64,000 nt of DNA from Halorutilales archaeon Cl-col2-1 (GTDB lineage: Archaea > Halobacteriota > Halobacteria > Halobacteriales > Afararchaeaceae): positions 1,504,001 through 1,568,000 of the forward strand of contig CP169074.1 of NCBI GenBank assembly GCA_041891055.1. The letters are read 5' to 3'. The notes under the pieces are model-generated. The model had not been told where the DNA came from. It saw nothing but the letters and a program-made list of their open reading frames with translations, and searched no databases. A program made the position numbers and the translations under genes. Below, piece by piece: positions 54,521-64,000 of the stretch. Numbering within the stretch: position 1 is the stretch's first letter; each line of letters starts with the position of its first letter.

Positions 54521-54616
54521 ACTTATTCCCTCTCTCCTACAGATCCAGGCGTAAACTGGGTTGCGTTTACACACAGCTATTCCACTGAGCTTCGGGTTCA
54601 TAGCCTGAGTTCAGCT

Positions 54617-54738
54617 TTAAGGCGGCCATAGAGGAGGGGTTCCTCCCGTACCCATTCCGAACACGGAAGATAAGCCCTCCCTCGTACCACTGAGTACTGG
54701 AGTGCGCGAGCCTCCGGAAAAAGCGGTTCGCCGCTGCT
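54617..54738 (+). rRNA. rrf: 5S rRNA
   Basis: TTAAGGCGGCCATAG...CCGTACCCATTCCGAACACGGAAGATAAGCC...GGTTCGCCGC. Confidence 0.95.
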
Positions 54739-54792
54739 ACTTATACTCGTTATACTTACACTGTACTTATTCTCTTAGTGGCTACGCTGTAA

Positions 54793-55341
54793 CTACCAGT
54801 CTTCGACGGTTAACGACTTGTTGCCGTCGTCGGTAGTCACTACTCCGTCGATACTCTCGAATGCGTCGTAGAGACGGTCGTAGGTCTCGTCGATAGCCTC
54901 GACTATGACCTTAGTGTCGCTAGTCGCAGGCATGAAGTTGGTGTCACCTTTCCACCGTGGAACCACGTGTGTGTGTAGATGGTCGTCTATCGACCCACCG
55001 CTTCCGTGTCCGAGGTTGAGACCCGTGTTGAAGCCGTCGGGGTCTAAGCCTTCTCTCACAGCCTCGAAGGTCAGCTGTTTGAGTCTCGCGTGGTCACGCA
55101 GAACCCCGTCTCTCAGATCCTCGTACTCACCCGTGTGTTGGCGTGGAACTACCATGAGATGTCCCGGGTTGTAGGGGTAGTTGTTGAGAATGACAAAGGA
55201 GTGTTCGCTTCTCACAAGTATGAGGTTCTCGCGGTCGTCTTCCATCTCGGGGAGTTCACAGAAGACACAGCCGTCTATCTCGTCGTTCTTGTCGTCGCGT
55301 TCTATCCAGTCTATCCTCCACGGCGCGAATATCTGATCCAT
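54793..55341 (-). CDS. HIT-family nucleotide hydrolase
   Basis: FAPWR, CVFC, YPYNPGH, HLHTHVVPRW.GD.NF. Confidence 0.92.
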   Translation of the reverse strand: MDQIFAPWRIDWIERDDKNDEIDGCVFCELPEMEDDRENLILVRSEHSFVILNNYPYNPGHLMVVPRQHTGEYEDLRDGVLRDHARLKQLTFEAVREGLDPDGFNTGLNLGHGSGGSIDDHLHTHVVPRWKGDTNFMPATSDTKVIVEAIDETYDRLYDAFESIDGVVTTDDGNKSLTVEDW

Positions 55342-55345
55342 ACAG

Positions 55346-56395
55346 TCAGTATGGCGTCGATGTCGTATGAATATACTCCTCAATCTCCGATGGCTCGAAT
55401 ACTCCATCCTCGGTCACGACTGCGTCGACGAGCTCACCGGGTGTTCTGTCGAAGGCGGGGTTGTATACGTCGACGTCCTCAGGTGCGTTCTGTGTCCCGT
55501 AGATATAACGAAGCTCGTCCGGGTTGCGTTTCTCTATCTCGACGTCTTCTGCGTCTGTCTCCGTGTCTATCGTAGATGTCGGCGCGGCGACGTAGAAGGG
55601 GACGTCGTGTCTGTCGGCGATTACTGCGTGTTTGTACGTCCCTATCTTGTTGAAGACTGTTGTGTCGCCTCTCGCTGTAATCCTGTCGGCACCCACTACT
55701 ACGGCGTCGACGCGTCCCTCCTGGATAGCGAGACCGCTCGCGTTGTCAGGTATAAGACAGACTCCGACTCCTCTCTCTTCGAGTTCGACGGTCGTGATAC
55801 GTGACCCCTGGTTGAGGGGGCGCGTCTCGTTTGCTATGACATCGACTTCCTTACCCTCATCGTGTGCCGAGTAGACTACCCCGAGAGCGGTTCCCCAGTC
55901 GACTGTCGCGAGAGCACCAGCGTTACAGTGAGTCATCACAGTGTCACCGTCGTCTAATAGCTCCGCGCCGTTCCGTCCTATCTGCTTGTTAGTCTCGATG
56001 TCGTCGTCAGCGATACGCTTAGAGACATCCACGGCGTTTTCTACTGCGTCTTCGACTGAGTCGGCGTCCTCGACAACCTTGAGTACCTTGTCGACGCCCT
56101 TGGAGAGGTTGACAGCCGTAGGTCTCGCATCCGAGATCCTGCCTGCGTCATTTCTTACCTTCCGCTTGAACCCTTCGATGTCTCTGTCTTCCCCTTCCCG
56201 TCTCGTCGCCGAAAGAGCCACTCCGAATCCGCCTGCGGCACCGAGTGCGGGCGCGCCTCTCACACGCAGAATTTCTATGCTTTCGACGAGTTCGTCGACG
56301 GTCTCTGCGTAGTACTCCGTGTACTTGCCCGGAAGCTGCGTCTGGTCGACCATCTTGACGCAGTCTCTCTCGTCGTTCCAGTCAATTGTTCTCAT
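55346..56395 (-). CDS. mtnA: 5-methylthioribose-1-phosphate (or 5-deoxyribose-1-phosphate) isomerase
   Basis: VRGAPALG, RPTAVNL, THCNAGALAT..WGTALG, ETRPLNQG, NKIGTY. Confidence 0.92.
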   Translation of the reverse strand: MRTIDWNDERDCVKMVDQTQLPGKYTEYYAETVDELVESIEILRVRGAPALGAAGGFGVALSATRREGEDRDIEGFKRKVRNDAGRISDARPTAVNLSKGVDKVLKVVEDADSVEDAVENAVDVSKRIADDDIETNKQIGRNGAELLDDGDTVMTHCNAGALATVDWGTALGVVYSAHDEGKEVDVIANETRPLNQGSRITTVELEERGVGVCLIPDNASGLAIQEGRVDAVVVGADRITARGDTTVFNKIGTYKHAVIADRHDVPFYVAAPTSTIDTETDAEDVEIEKRNPDELRYIYGTQNAPEDVDVYNPAFDRTPGELVDAVVTEDGVFEPSEIEEYIHTTSTPY

Positions 56396-56490
56396 GGATG
56401 GTTTTCCTCGGCGTACCTACATCAAGTTAACGTGACGTGACATGACACGAACCGCTAATCCGAAGTTAGACCACCGAGAAGTAGAACACA

Positions 56491-57000
56491 ATGAACACAC
56501 AGAAACAGCTCGACCTCCTGATAGAGGCTTTCGAGGGAGGCGTATTCGGACTAAGGAGGGTCTACGAGAGGGGATGGGGAAGAAACGGTGACGGTGACAC
56601 AGGTGATGCGAAGGTCGACCTCCCGAGGAGGAGAGATGACAGTATTACCGCAGACGTATCACTACTCGCCGAGAGGATAGAGCGAAACGACGCCCTCCTC
56701 AAAGAGATGACAACCAACCTCGCCCTCGGCTTCCTCGGCATCTCTTACGAACTCGTGAAGGAGTCGAGGGAGTACGACGAAAGGCTGTCACAGAAGCCCG
56801 AGGTACAGTTCCTGAGGTGGTGCCGGAACGCCGCCTTACACGGAAACAGGTTCGCATTCGAGCCGGGTAAGCCCGACAAGCCCGCGAGATGGGACGGCTA
56901 CGAGATATCCCAGTATCTTCAGGGACAGCGTCTAATACCAGAGTTCATAGAGATAGGTGATGCCGTCTGTCTCGTAGAGGACGTCCGTGACCTTCTCTGA
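56491..57000 (+). CDS. hypothetical protein with HEPN-like RxxxxH motif
   Basis: Clean 169-aa ORF filling the gap; FLRWCRNAALHGN. Confidence 0.7.
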   Translation: MNTQKQLDLLIEAFEGGVFGLRRVYERGWGRNGDGDTGDAKVDLPRRRDDSITADVSLLAERIERNDALLKEMTTNLALGFLGISYELVKESREYDERLSQKPEVQFLRWCRNAALHGNRFAFEPGKPDKPARWDGYEISQYLQGQRLIPEFIEIGDAVCLVEDVRDLL

Positions 57001-57004
57001 AGTA

Positions 57005-57655
57005 CTACTGTCCGTGTTCCTCGAACCTTTCTATGACTCTCTCCATCTCACTGTCGGAGAGCTCTACGGGATTACCCACGGTTCTCGCGCGGAGATAGAC
57101 CTCGGCAGTGAACTCGACGTTTACAGCGGTCTCTAGAGCGTCGTCTAAGCTCTCTCCCGTGGCTACAAGGCCGTGGTTAGCAAGAATACACGCCTCTGAA
57201 CCCGCCTCGTTCATCGCCTCGACGACGTTTTCGCCGAGCTCCGCAGTGCCGTAGGTCGCGTACTCCGAGACGGGAACACTTCTCCCCGCGAGCCCCACGG
57301 CGTAATGGACGGGTGGAATCTCCTCACGCAGAACACCGAGTGTCGTGACCGCGGGCGAGTGCACGTGTACGATGGCTCGGCTCCCGAGATCCGTGTAGAT
57401 ACGCGCGTGCATAGGCGTCTCGCTCGAAGGTTCGGATTCTCCCTCGATCTTCTCGCCGTCGAAGTTCACGACCGGAACGTCCTCGGAGTCGACTTCGTCG
57501 TACCTGACCCCTGTCGGCGTTATACAGAAGACGTCGTCGTTTCTCAAGCTGAGGTTTCCCGTCGTCCCCGGTGTCAACGAAGACAGACGTTCCGACGCCT
57601 CGGCAACGAGACCTCTCTCGGTTGCCATATCCATATCTTCCCCTGTCCCCGACAT
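57005..57655 (-). CDS. class II aldolase (FucA/Ald2-like)
   Basis: GNLS.R, ITPTG, PSSE..MH, HVHS, LANHG. Confidence 0.9.
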   Translation of the reverse strand: MSGTGEDMDMATERGLVAEASERLSSLTPGTTGNLSLRNDDVFCITPTGVRYDEVDSEDVPVVNFDGEKIEGESEPSSETPMHARIYTDLGSRAIVHVHSPAVTTLGVLREEIPPVHYAVGLAGRSVPVSEYATYGTAELGENVVEAMNEAGSEACILANHGLVATGESLDDALETAVNVEFTAEVYLRARTVGNPVELSDSEMERVIERFEEHGQ

Positions 57656-57661
57656 ACAGGA

Positions 57662-58108
57662 TCAGAACTCCGAGAAGTACTCCTCAACTGTTTCGACGGC
57701 GTTTTCCTTCTTCGCGGGGTATGCCTCGACTTTCCCCATGAGGGTTATCCCGTCACCGAGACGTATCTCGCCCTCGTACGCCGCTTGTTTGTCGAACCTG
57801 ACGTAGAACGAACAGTCGTCGTCTATGCGATCCTCTATCTCTTTCAGAACCCTGCTGAAGCTCTCCGCAGTCCTGACACTGTTCATGACGTAACGTATCT
57901 CGTCTGCGAGTTCGAGGCGCGTTTCGAAGACGGTTATTGTGTTGCCGTAATGCCCTTCTGCCTCCGACTTCTCCACCTCGTACCCCGTCTTTATCTCGTC
58001 GTCGTCCTCATCGCGCGGAGGCAGGAATGTGTCGAGCGCAGAGAGGACGCGATCCTCAGACTCGGTGTCGTAACAGAATGTCCTCAGGTCGAGGTAATGG
58101 AACGCCAT
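57662..58108 (-). CDS. archaeal RNA-binding protein (DUF54-like)
   Basis: TESEDRV..AL, GHYGN.I, FYVRFDKQAA, KVEAYPA. Confidence 0.85.
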   Translation of the reverse strand: MAFHYLDLRTFCYDTESEDRVLSALDTFLPPRDEDDDEIKTGYEVEKSEAEGHYGNTITVFETRLELADEIRYVMNSVRTAESFSRVLKEIEDRIDDDCSFYVRFDKQAAYEGEIRLGDGITLMGKVEAYPAKKENAVETVEEYFSEF

Positions 58109-58200
58109 ACTCGTCTTATACCGTCGGAGGGTATAGTCCCCACGGTAAAAACGTCAGACGATACACAATTCTTAAGGTAATCCTTACGAAAGAGAAAGTA

Positions 58201-59253
58201 ATGACTCCTTCACGTGATGATGTTCTTGAAGCACTCAGAAACGTCAACGACCCCGAGCTAGGTGAGGACATAGTCAGTCTGGAGATGGTCGAGAACGTCC
58301 GTCTCGACGGCTCGACGGCACATTTCCGTGTCAATCTCCCGGCTCCGGGTATGAAGGAAGAGCTACGTGACGACATAACCGAGGCTCTCTCCGACGTTGA
58401 GGGTCTCGAAGGTCTTCAGGTCGAGTGGTCCTCGGAGGCTGAGGCGGCGGACGAGGAGAGTGAGGTACTTCCTAACGTGGATAAGGTAATCGCGGTTTCG
58501 AGTGGAAAGGGGGGCGTCGGAAAGTCGACCGTAGCGGTTAACTTAGCCGCCGCACTCTCCGACGCCGGAGCCACCGTAGGTCTCTTCGACTCCGACGTCT
58601 ACGGACCCAACGTCCCGCGTATGCTCGGGAGCGACGCCCAGCCTAGGGTCGACAAGGACGAGAAGATCATACCGCCCGAGAAGAGCGGAATCAAGGTGAT
58701 GTCGATGGGATACCTCACGGGACAGGACACACCCGTAGTCTGGAGGGGCGCGATGGTACACAACGCTCTGACACAGCTACTCAACGACGTCAACTGGGGC
58801 GACCTCGACTACCTTGTCGTCGACATGCCTCCCGGAACCGGAGACGCACAGCTCACGATAGCACAGACGATACCCGTCACAGGTGCTGTGATTGTCACGA
58901 CTCCACAGACCGTCTCTCTCGACGACTCGCGTAAGGGCGTCGAGATGTTCGAGAAGACCAACGTCCCCGTTGTCGGAATTGTCGAGAACATGTCGGAGTT
59001 CGTCTGTCCCGACTGCGGAGGACACCACGACATATTCGGATCGGGAGCGGGTCAGAAGCTCGCCGACGAGGTCGATGTGCCTCTCGTCGGAAGAATACCC
59101 ATAGACCCCAACGTCAGGACAGGTGGCGACGAGGGAGAGCCGATAGTCCTGAGCGACTTGGACTCACCCGCTAAGGACGCTCTGAGGGGCGCGGCGGACA
59201 GTATACGTGACGAGGTCGACTCGATAGGCGACAGGAAGCTCCCGATGGTATAG
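58201..59253 (+). CDS. mrp: Mrp/ApbC Fe-S cluster carrier ATPase with N-terminal DUF59
   Basis: SGKGGVGKST, DVYGP, DMPPGTGD, ENMS.F.CPDC. Confidence 0.93.
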   Translation: MTPSRDDVLEALRNVNDPELGEDIVSLEMVENVRLDGSTAHFRVNLPAPGMKEELRDDITEALSDVEGLEGLQVEWSSEAEAADEESEVLPNVDKVIAVSSGKGGVGKSTVAVNLAAALSDAGATVGLFDSDVYGPNVPRMLGSDAQPRVDKDEKIIPPEKSGIKVMSMGYLTGQDTPVVWRGAMVHNALTQLLNDVNWGDLDYLVVDMPPGTGDAQLTIAQTIPVTGAVIVTTPQTVSLDDSRKGVEMFEKTNVPVVGIVENMSEFVCPDCGGHHDIFGSGAGQKLADEVDVPLVGRIPIDPNVRTGGDEGEPIVLSDLDSPAKDALRGAADSIRDEVDSIGDRKLPMV

Positions 59254-59317
59254 TATAGACCACTGTCCTCCGATGGTATAGCGACACCATTTTAAGAAGT
59301 CGGCGCGTTGAGGTTAC

Positions 59318-60805
59318 ATGGGGACAGATTTCAGAGACAAGCTCGACTGCGAGGAGGGACTCACCTTCGACGATCTTCTTCTACGTCCTTCCGAGTCTAC
59401 TGTCGAGCCCAACGACGCTGACGTTTCTACCAGGGTATCGGTTAACGTAGAGATGGAGACTCCTATAATCAGTGCCGCGATGGACACTGTGACCGAGAGC
59501 GGCATGGCGATAGCGATGGCACGTGAGGGCGGAATCGGTGTCGTCCACAGGAACCTGAGCGCCGACTCGCAGGCTGAGGAGATAAGGAAGGTCAAGGACA
59601 GCGACCGTCTCATCACGAGAGATGTCGTCACTATAACGACCGACGCCTCGGTCGACGACGCGACACGTCTCATGGAGACGGAGGACGTCTCGGGACTGCC
59701 CGTTCTCGATGACGACGACGGGGAGCTAGTCGGCATAGTCAGCAAACGTGACCTGCGACCCTTTGCCGACACGGGACGCGGTGACGTGAGCATAACCCAG
59801 GTCATGACGCGCGATGTCGTCACGGTAGACGAGGGCATAGAGCCCGACGATGCCCTCGAACTCATGTACGAGAACGGCGTCGAACGTCTTCCCGTCGTAG
59901 AGGACGGCGGAGAGACAGTCGAGGGAATAATCACGATGAGGAGTATACTCAGGAGACGTGAGTACCCCGACGCTACGAGGGACGACGACGGACATCTCGC
60001 AGTCGCCGCCGCAGTCTCGCCTTTCAAGACCGACCGCGCGGTAAAGCTCGACGAGGCGGGTGCTGACGTACTAATGGTCGACACCGCACACGCTCACAAC
60101 ATGAACGTTGTCGAGGGGGCGCGTGAGATAAAACAGAGCGTCGACGCTGATGTCGTAGTCGGAAACATAGCCACGTCTGAGGCAGCCGAGGAGCTCGTGG
60201 AGTTTGCCGACGGTCTCAAGGTCGGTGTCGGACCCGGAAGCATCTGTACGACTAGGGTCGTCGCGGGTTCGGGTATGCCACAGATGACCGCTATCTCGAA
60301 CGTAGCTGACGTCGCCTCCGAACACGGAGTACCCGTGATAGCCGACGGTGGAATACGGTACTCGGGAGACATAGCCAAGGCTGTCGCCGCAGGGGCTGAC
60401 GCTGTGATGCTCGGCTCGCTTTTAGCGGGCACCGACGAGGCTCCGGGTAGGACGATAACCGTCCAGGGCAAACGTTACAAGCAGTACAGAGGGATGGGGA
60501 GCGTCGGAGCCATGACCGCTGGAGAGGAGACCACCGACAGATACCTCAAGGAGGAGACAGAGCAAGAGTTCGTCCCCGAGGGAATCGAGGGTGCTATACC
60601 CTACCGTGGTTCTGTCGGTAGTCAGATTCACCAGCTAGTCGGTGGTCTCCAGAGTGGAATGGGATACGTCGGCGCGTCCGACATAGACGAGATGCAGGAA
60701 GAAGCGAGGTTCGTACGTATAACAGGTGCAGGAAAGGAGGAGAGCCATCCTCACGACGTCATGATTACTGACGAGGCTCCCAACTACAGAAGCGATCAGA
60801 CGTAG
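59318..60805 (+). CDS. guaB: IMP dehydrogenase with CBS pair
   Basis: [38 protein letters not shown]. Confidence 0.97.
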   Translation: MGTDFRDKLDCEEGLTFDDLLLRPSESTVEPNDADVSTRVSVNVEMETPIISAAMDTVTESGMAIAMAREGGIGVVHRNLSADSQAEEIRKVKDSDRLITRDVVTITTDASVDDATRLMETEDVSGLPVLDDDDGELVGIVSKRDLRPFADTGRGDVSITQVMTRDVVTVDEGIEPDDALELMYENGVERLPVVEDGGETVEGIITMRSILRRREYPDATRDDDGHLAVAAAVSPFKTDRAVKLDEAGADVLMVDTAHAHNMNVVEGAREIKQSVDADVVVGNIATSEAAEELVEFADGLKVGVGPGSICTTRVVAGSGMPQMTAISNVADVASEHGVPVIADGGIRYSGDIAKAVAAGADAVMLGSLLAGTDEAPGRTITVQGKRYKQYRGMGSVGAMTAGEETTDRYLKEETEQEFVPEGIEGAIPYRGSVGSQIHQLVGGLQSGMGYVGASDIDEMQEEARFVRITGAGKEESHPHDVMITDEAPNYRSDQT

Positions 60806-60822
60806 TCGGTTCTGTTTCTGTT

Positions 60823-61113
60823 CTAGACCTCTACCTCCATATCTACCTCACAGACCTGTCTGACCATCTCGTTCGCCCTTTCTTCGTCAGGGACACCCTC
60901 GACCTTCTCACCGTCGACTATCGTCGTTGGAACCTCGGTGATATCGTACTTGTCTACGAGATGTCTCCCGTACTCCGTACATATCTCGACGGTCTCGTAA
61001 CTGAACCCGTGCTGCCCTCTAAGTGACTCCCATATCTCCTCCGTCTCCGAACAGCCAAGACACCAGTCGTGGACTATCAGGGTGACCTTGCTTCTGCAGT
61101 CTATGTCATTCAT
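60823..61113 (-). CDS. thioredoxin/glutaredoxin-like protein
   Basis: WCLGC, ITEVPT.IVDG; GGTGGTG Shine-Dalgarno-like site upstream of ATG 61113. Confidence 0.78.
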   Translation of the reverse strand: MNDIDCRSKVTLIVHDWCLGCSETEEIWESLRGQHGFSYETVEICTEYGRHLVDKYDITEVPTTIVDGEKVEGVPDEERANEMVRQVCEVDMEVEV

Positions 61114-61216
61114 TACCACACCACCTACGTCTTTATTATAAATTGTGATATATAAATCCACCGGCGGTGTGTGAAGAAAGTCCACGTCACGACCAAGAGA
61201 CTCTGTATTTGTAGTA

Positions 61217-61414
61217 TTACACGAGTAGACGGTAGACGATCCACACAATCAGAGCTAAGACGCCGACTGCGACGCCTAGCTTGACTATACCCACGACGGC
61301 AGCGACGAGTATCTTGACCGCGGCGTAGCCGAGTATGACGGCGAGCGATCCGAGGACTGCATAGACGAGATAACGCAGTATCCTGTCGTCGTCGAGGAAC
61401 TCAGTCTTCGACAT
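61217..61414 (-). CDS. small two-TM membrane protein
   Basis: 65 aa, two hydrophobic helices, follows the aminopeptidase. Confidence 0.7.
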   Translation of the reverse strand: MSKTEFLDDDRILRYLVYAVLGSLAVILGYAAVKILVAAVVGIVKLGVAVGVLALIVWIVYRLLV

Positions 61415-61458
61415 ACAGTCCGTAGGCTCTCGGAGTCTAAATGGCTTACTCTAAACTA

Positions 61459-62538
61459 TCACTCGTCGCCGTCCTCCCAGACGAACCTGCCGTTCTCCTG
61501 TATGACCTCGCCGTCGAACTCTATACGTCCGTCGCTCACGTCCTTTATCATGTCGACGTGGATCGCGCTCTGGTTCTGTTCGCGCCCCTCTCCGACGTTG
61601 TCGTCGTACGCGCGCCCGAGAGCCATATGTATAGTATCGCCCATCTTCTCGTCGAAGAGCATGTTGTTAGTGAAGACATCTATCTCCCTGTTAGTACCTA
61701 TACCGAGCTCTCCGAGTCTGCTCGCGCCGTCGTCTGTCGTTAGCACGTCTTCGAGTAACTCCTCGTTTCTCTCCGCCGAGAACTCGACGACCTCGCCCTC
61801 CTCGAACCTGAGGCGGACGCCCTCCATCTTCCGCCCCTGATGTATAAGAGGCTTGTCGAAGAGTACCTCGCCCTCGACCGAGTCGACAACTGGAGCCGTA
61901 AAGACCTCGCCGCTCGGCATGTTATGTCTCCCACACGAGTTGACGGCGTTCATCCCGTCGACGCTCATACGTATCTCAGTGTCTTCTCCATCTATGTAGA
62001 CCTCGTTCGCGTCGTCGAGCTTCTCCTTCAGAATTTCTTGCTTTTCTTCCACCTCCTCCCAGTCTCTCAGAACCGCTGAGTAGACGAAGTCCTCGTACTC
62101 CGCGAGCGACATCTCGGCGTTCTGGGCGTGTGCGTTCGTGGGGTGCTGTGTGAGACACCATCTCTTCGACAGCCTCTCCTCGCGTACAGGCTCCATGGCT
62201 CTCGCCCTTTCTGAAAGGACGTCTCCCGAGACATTCCTCATTGCTCTCAGGTTTGCTCCCGAACGTATGCTTATCACGACGTCCGCCTCCTCGTAGAGTG
62301 CGAGCTTGTGGTCGGGAAGACTGAACTCGCCGTCGTAGTTGGTGAGAAACGCCCGAGAAGCCTCGTCGGACGAGTACACAGTTACGGGCTCCGCGCCTTT
62401 CTTCGCTATCTCCTCGTTGAGGGCGACAACGAGATCCTCGGCTCCGTCGCTCGCCGAGATTACGACGTTGTCTCCCCTCTGTATGTCGGTGCTCCAGTCG
62501 ACCAGAATCTCTGCGTGCTCGCGTACGCGGTCGTCCAT
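61459..62538 (-). CDS. aminopeptidase, M29 (AmpS/PepS) family
   Basis: NMPSGEVFTAP, LGELGIG, LFDEK...TIH.ALG.AY, SAIHVD. Confidence 0.93.
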   Translation of the reverse strand: MDDRVREHAEILVDWSTDIQRGDNVVISASDGAEDLVVALNEEIAKKGAEPVTVYSSDEASRAFLTNYDGEFSLPDHKLALYEEADVVISIRSGANLRAMRNVSGDVLSERARAMEPVREERLSKRWCLTQHPTNAHAQNAEMSLAEYEDFVYSAVLRDWEEVEEKQEILKEKLDDANEVYIDGEDTEIRMSVDGMNAVNSCGRHNMPSGEVFTAPVVDSVEGEVLFDKPLIHQGRKMEGVRLRFEEGEVVEFSAERNEELLEDVLTTDDGASRLGELGIGTNREIDVFTNNMLFDEKMGDTIHMALGRAYDDNVGEGREQNQSAIHVDMIKDVSDGRIEFDGEVIQENGRFVWEDGDE

Positions 62539-62637
62539 AGGTTAGAGACGTGCGCACGGCTGTATAATATAACGGATTCGTCTCAAGTCGAATAAAGACA
62601 GAAAAGACCCGAACTCAAATAACTATCCGGGCTTAGC

Positions 62638-62973
62638 TTAGCCGAAGAGTTCGCCGAGACCCTCTCCGGCGTCCTCTTCTGCTTCTTCCTCGGCTTCCTC
62701 TTCTTCTTCCTCTTCCTCAGCCTCGGCTTCCTCTTCTTCTTCCTCTTCGTCTCCGCCTGCGGCTGCGGCACCTCCGCCTGCGCCCGCTGCGGGTGCGGCG
62801 GCAGCCTGTTCAACTGCTTCGTCTATGTCGACCCCGTCAAGAGCAGCGACGAGAGCAGCGACGCGACTCTCATCGACGTCTACTCCTGCGGCTTCGAGTA
62901 CGTCTGTAACGCTGTCCTCCGTGACTTCGTTGCCCGCGTTGTGTACAACGAGGGCGGCGTAGATGTATTCCAT
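62638..62973 (-). CDS. rpl12: ribosomal stalk protein P1/L12
   Basis: MEYIYAAL, Ala-rich hinge, acidic tail, GLGELFG. Confidence 0.97.
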   Translation of the reverse strand: MEYIYAALVVHNAGNEVTEDSVTDVLEAAGVDVDESRVAALVAALDGVDIDEAVEQAAAAPAAGAGGGAAAAGGDEEEEEEEAEAEEEEEEEEAEEEAEEDAGEGLGELFG

Positions 62974-63030
62974 GTGTTATATACTTCTCCTTGTTTTCTT
63001 CTCGGTCTGAACTGTTTAAACTCTTTCTAA

Positions 63031-64000
63031 CTAGAACAGGTTACCCATTCCCTCGGAGACGTCCTCGTCGTCCTCGTCTTCCTCGGGCTCGGCTTCCTGT
63101 TCTTCTTCGTCTTCTGTCTCTGCTTCTTCCGACTCAGATTCCTCCTGAGCCTGAGGCTCGGGCGCGTCGGCTTCGACACCCTGAAGCTCCTCGGGGAGGG
63201 CGTCGTCGTCGACCTCAGACGCGACTCCTCTGAGTGACGAGTCAGCCTGTGCAACGAGATCCTCTATCACGCCGGGCTCAGTGATCTCAGCCTCGACACC
63301 CAGCGAACGTGCCTCTCCGCCTGCCTTCGAGAGCATCGGACGAACCGTAGTCTCGTTGGCTATGCCCGCGTTGACTCCGAGGTTGAACGCACCTGCGGCG
63401 GCGGACTCGAGGTCGGAGACGTACTCTTCCTCGTCGATGTCGAGCGTGTCGGGCTCGAAGACTGTGCCGCCTTCTATGTCTATGACGGCGCGCAGGTCGA
63501 CACCCACCTCGACGGGGAATATCTCCATCTTCTGGAGAACCTCGGCGACCTGTGCCGAAGCTTCCTCGCCCTCCTCTGTCACGACGCTGTCCTCTATGAC
63601 CTTTATCGATCCCTCCTCTATACGAGCGTTGACGCCCGCCTGCTGGAGGTCACCGACGAAGGGCCCGGGATCCATGCCTGTGTCGCCCTCGGGGACGACT
63701 ATGTCGTGGGGTGCGACCTGTCCCTCCTTGAGAGGCGCGGGGCTCTTCGACTCCTCTATCTTCTTGTAGAGAGTGAACGGGTTCGAGTCGGTGAGGAGAA
63801 GACCCGACTGTCCGCTGACGTACTCGACGAGATCGTCGAGACCCTTCTCGGAGAGGGCGCGTCTCATCAGAGTGTTACGTCCGACACGCACCTTCGCGGA
63901 GCCGTGGAGGTTCTCACGAACCTGCTGGAACTGTTTCGAGCCGATTCCCTCGACGTTGACGACTCCCACGGCGGTGTACTCGTCGAGAAGCTTCTTGAAC
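63031..64000 (-). CDS. rplP0: ribosomal protein uL10/P0, N-terminus beyond the window
   Basis: RNTLMRRAL, NPF.LYK, GDTGMDPGP, acidic tail ending GMGNLF. Confidence 0.96.
   Translation of the reverse strand, partial: FKKLLDEYTAVGVVNVEGIGSKQFQQVRENLHGSAKVRVGRNTLMRRALSEKGLDDLVEYVSGQSGLLLTDSNPFTLYKKIEESKSPAPLKEGQVAPHDIVVPEGDTGMDPGPFVGDLQQAGVNARIEEGSIKVIEDSVVTEEGEEASAQVAEVLQKMEIFPVEVGVDLRAVIDIEGGTVFEPDTLDIDEEEYVSDLESAAAGAFNLGVNAGIANETTVRPMLSKAGGEARSLGVEAEITEPGVIEDLVAQADSSLRGVASEVDDDALPEELQGVEADAPEPQAQEESESEEAETEDEEEQEAEPEEDEDDEDVSEGMGNLF

Noticed and set aside
55346-56395. Ribose-1,5-bisphosphate isomerase or eIF2B call
   Set aside because: HCNAGALAT..WGTALG and ETRPLNQG.R.T..EL are MtnA-type signatures.

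Overview
Core chromosomal segment of a halophilic archaeon (acidic proteome, archaeal rRNA operon). The divergent 16S 5' end, heavy ATA/AGA codon use and a bifunctional FBP aldolase/phosphatase suggest an early-branching Halobacteria lineage (Halorutilales-like; inference). It contains the conserved oapCBA-oriC1-orc1/cdc6-S26-DP1 origin cluster, a 16S-tRNA-Ala-23S-5S operon, tRNA-Leu(TAA) and about 60 mostly housekeeping CDSs. The best candidate for a novel system is a 690-bp non-coding element at 5306-5995. It has both IS200/IS605-type ends, and its guide and cleavage tetramers obey the TnpA pairing rule. It has no protein gene, and a putative promoter is fused directly to a TnpB omegaRNA-like scaffold. 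About 15 related mini-hairpins are nested in it, mostly in the end-stem loops, and it appears inserted at a host TATA box. Secondary leads are a HEPN-motif orphan inside an mtnA/class II aldolase/HIT cluster, a codon-mosaic chemoreceptor, and 13-mer repeats in the origin. All family calls come from motif recognition, not database searches.
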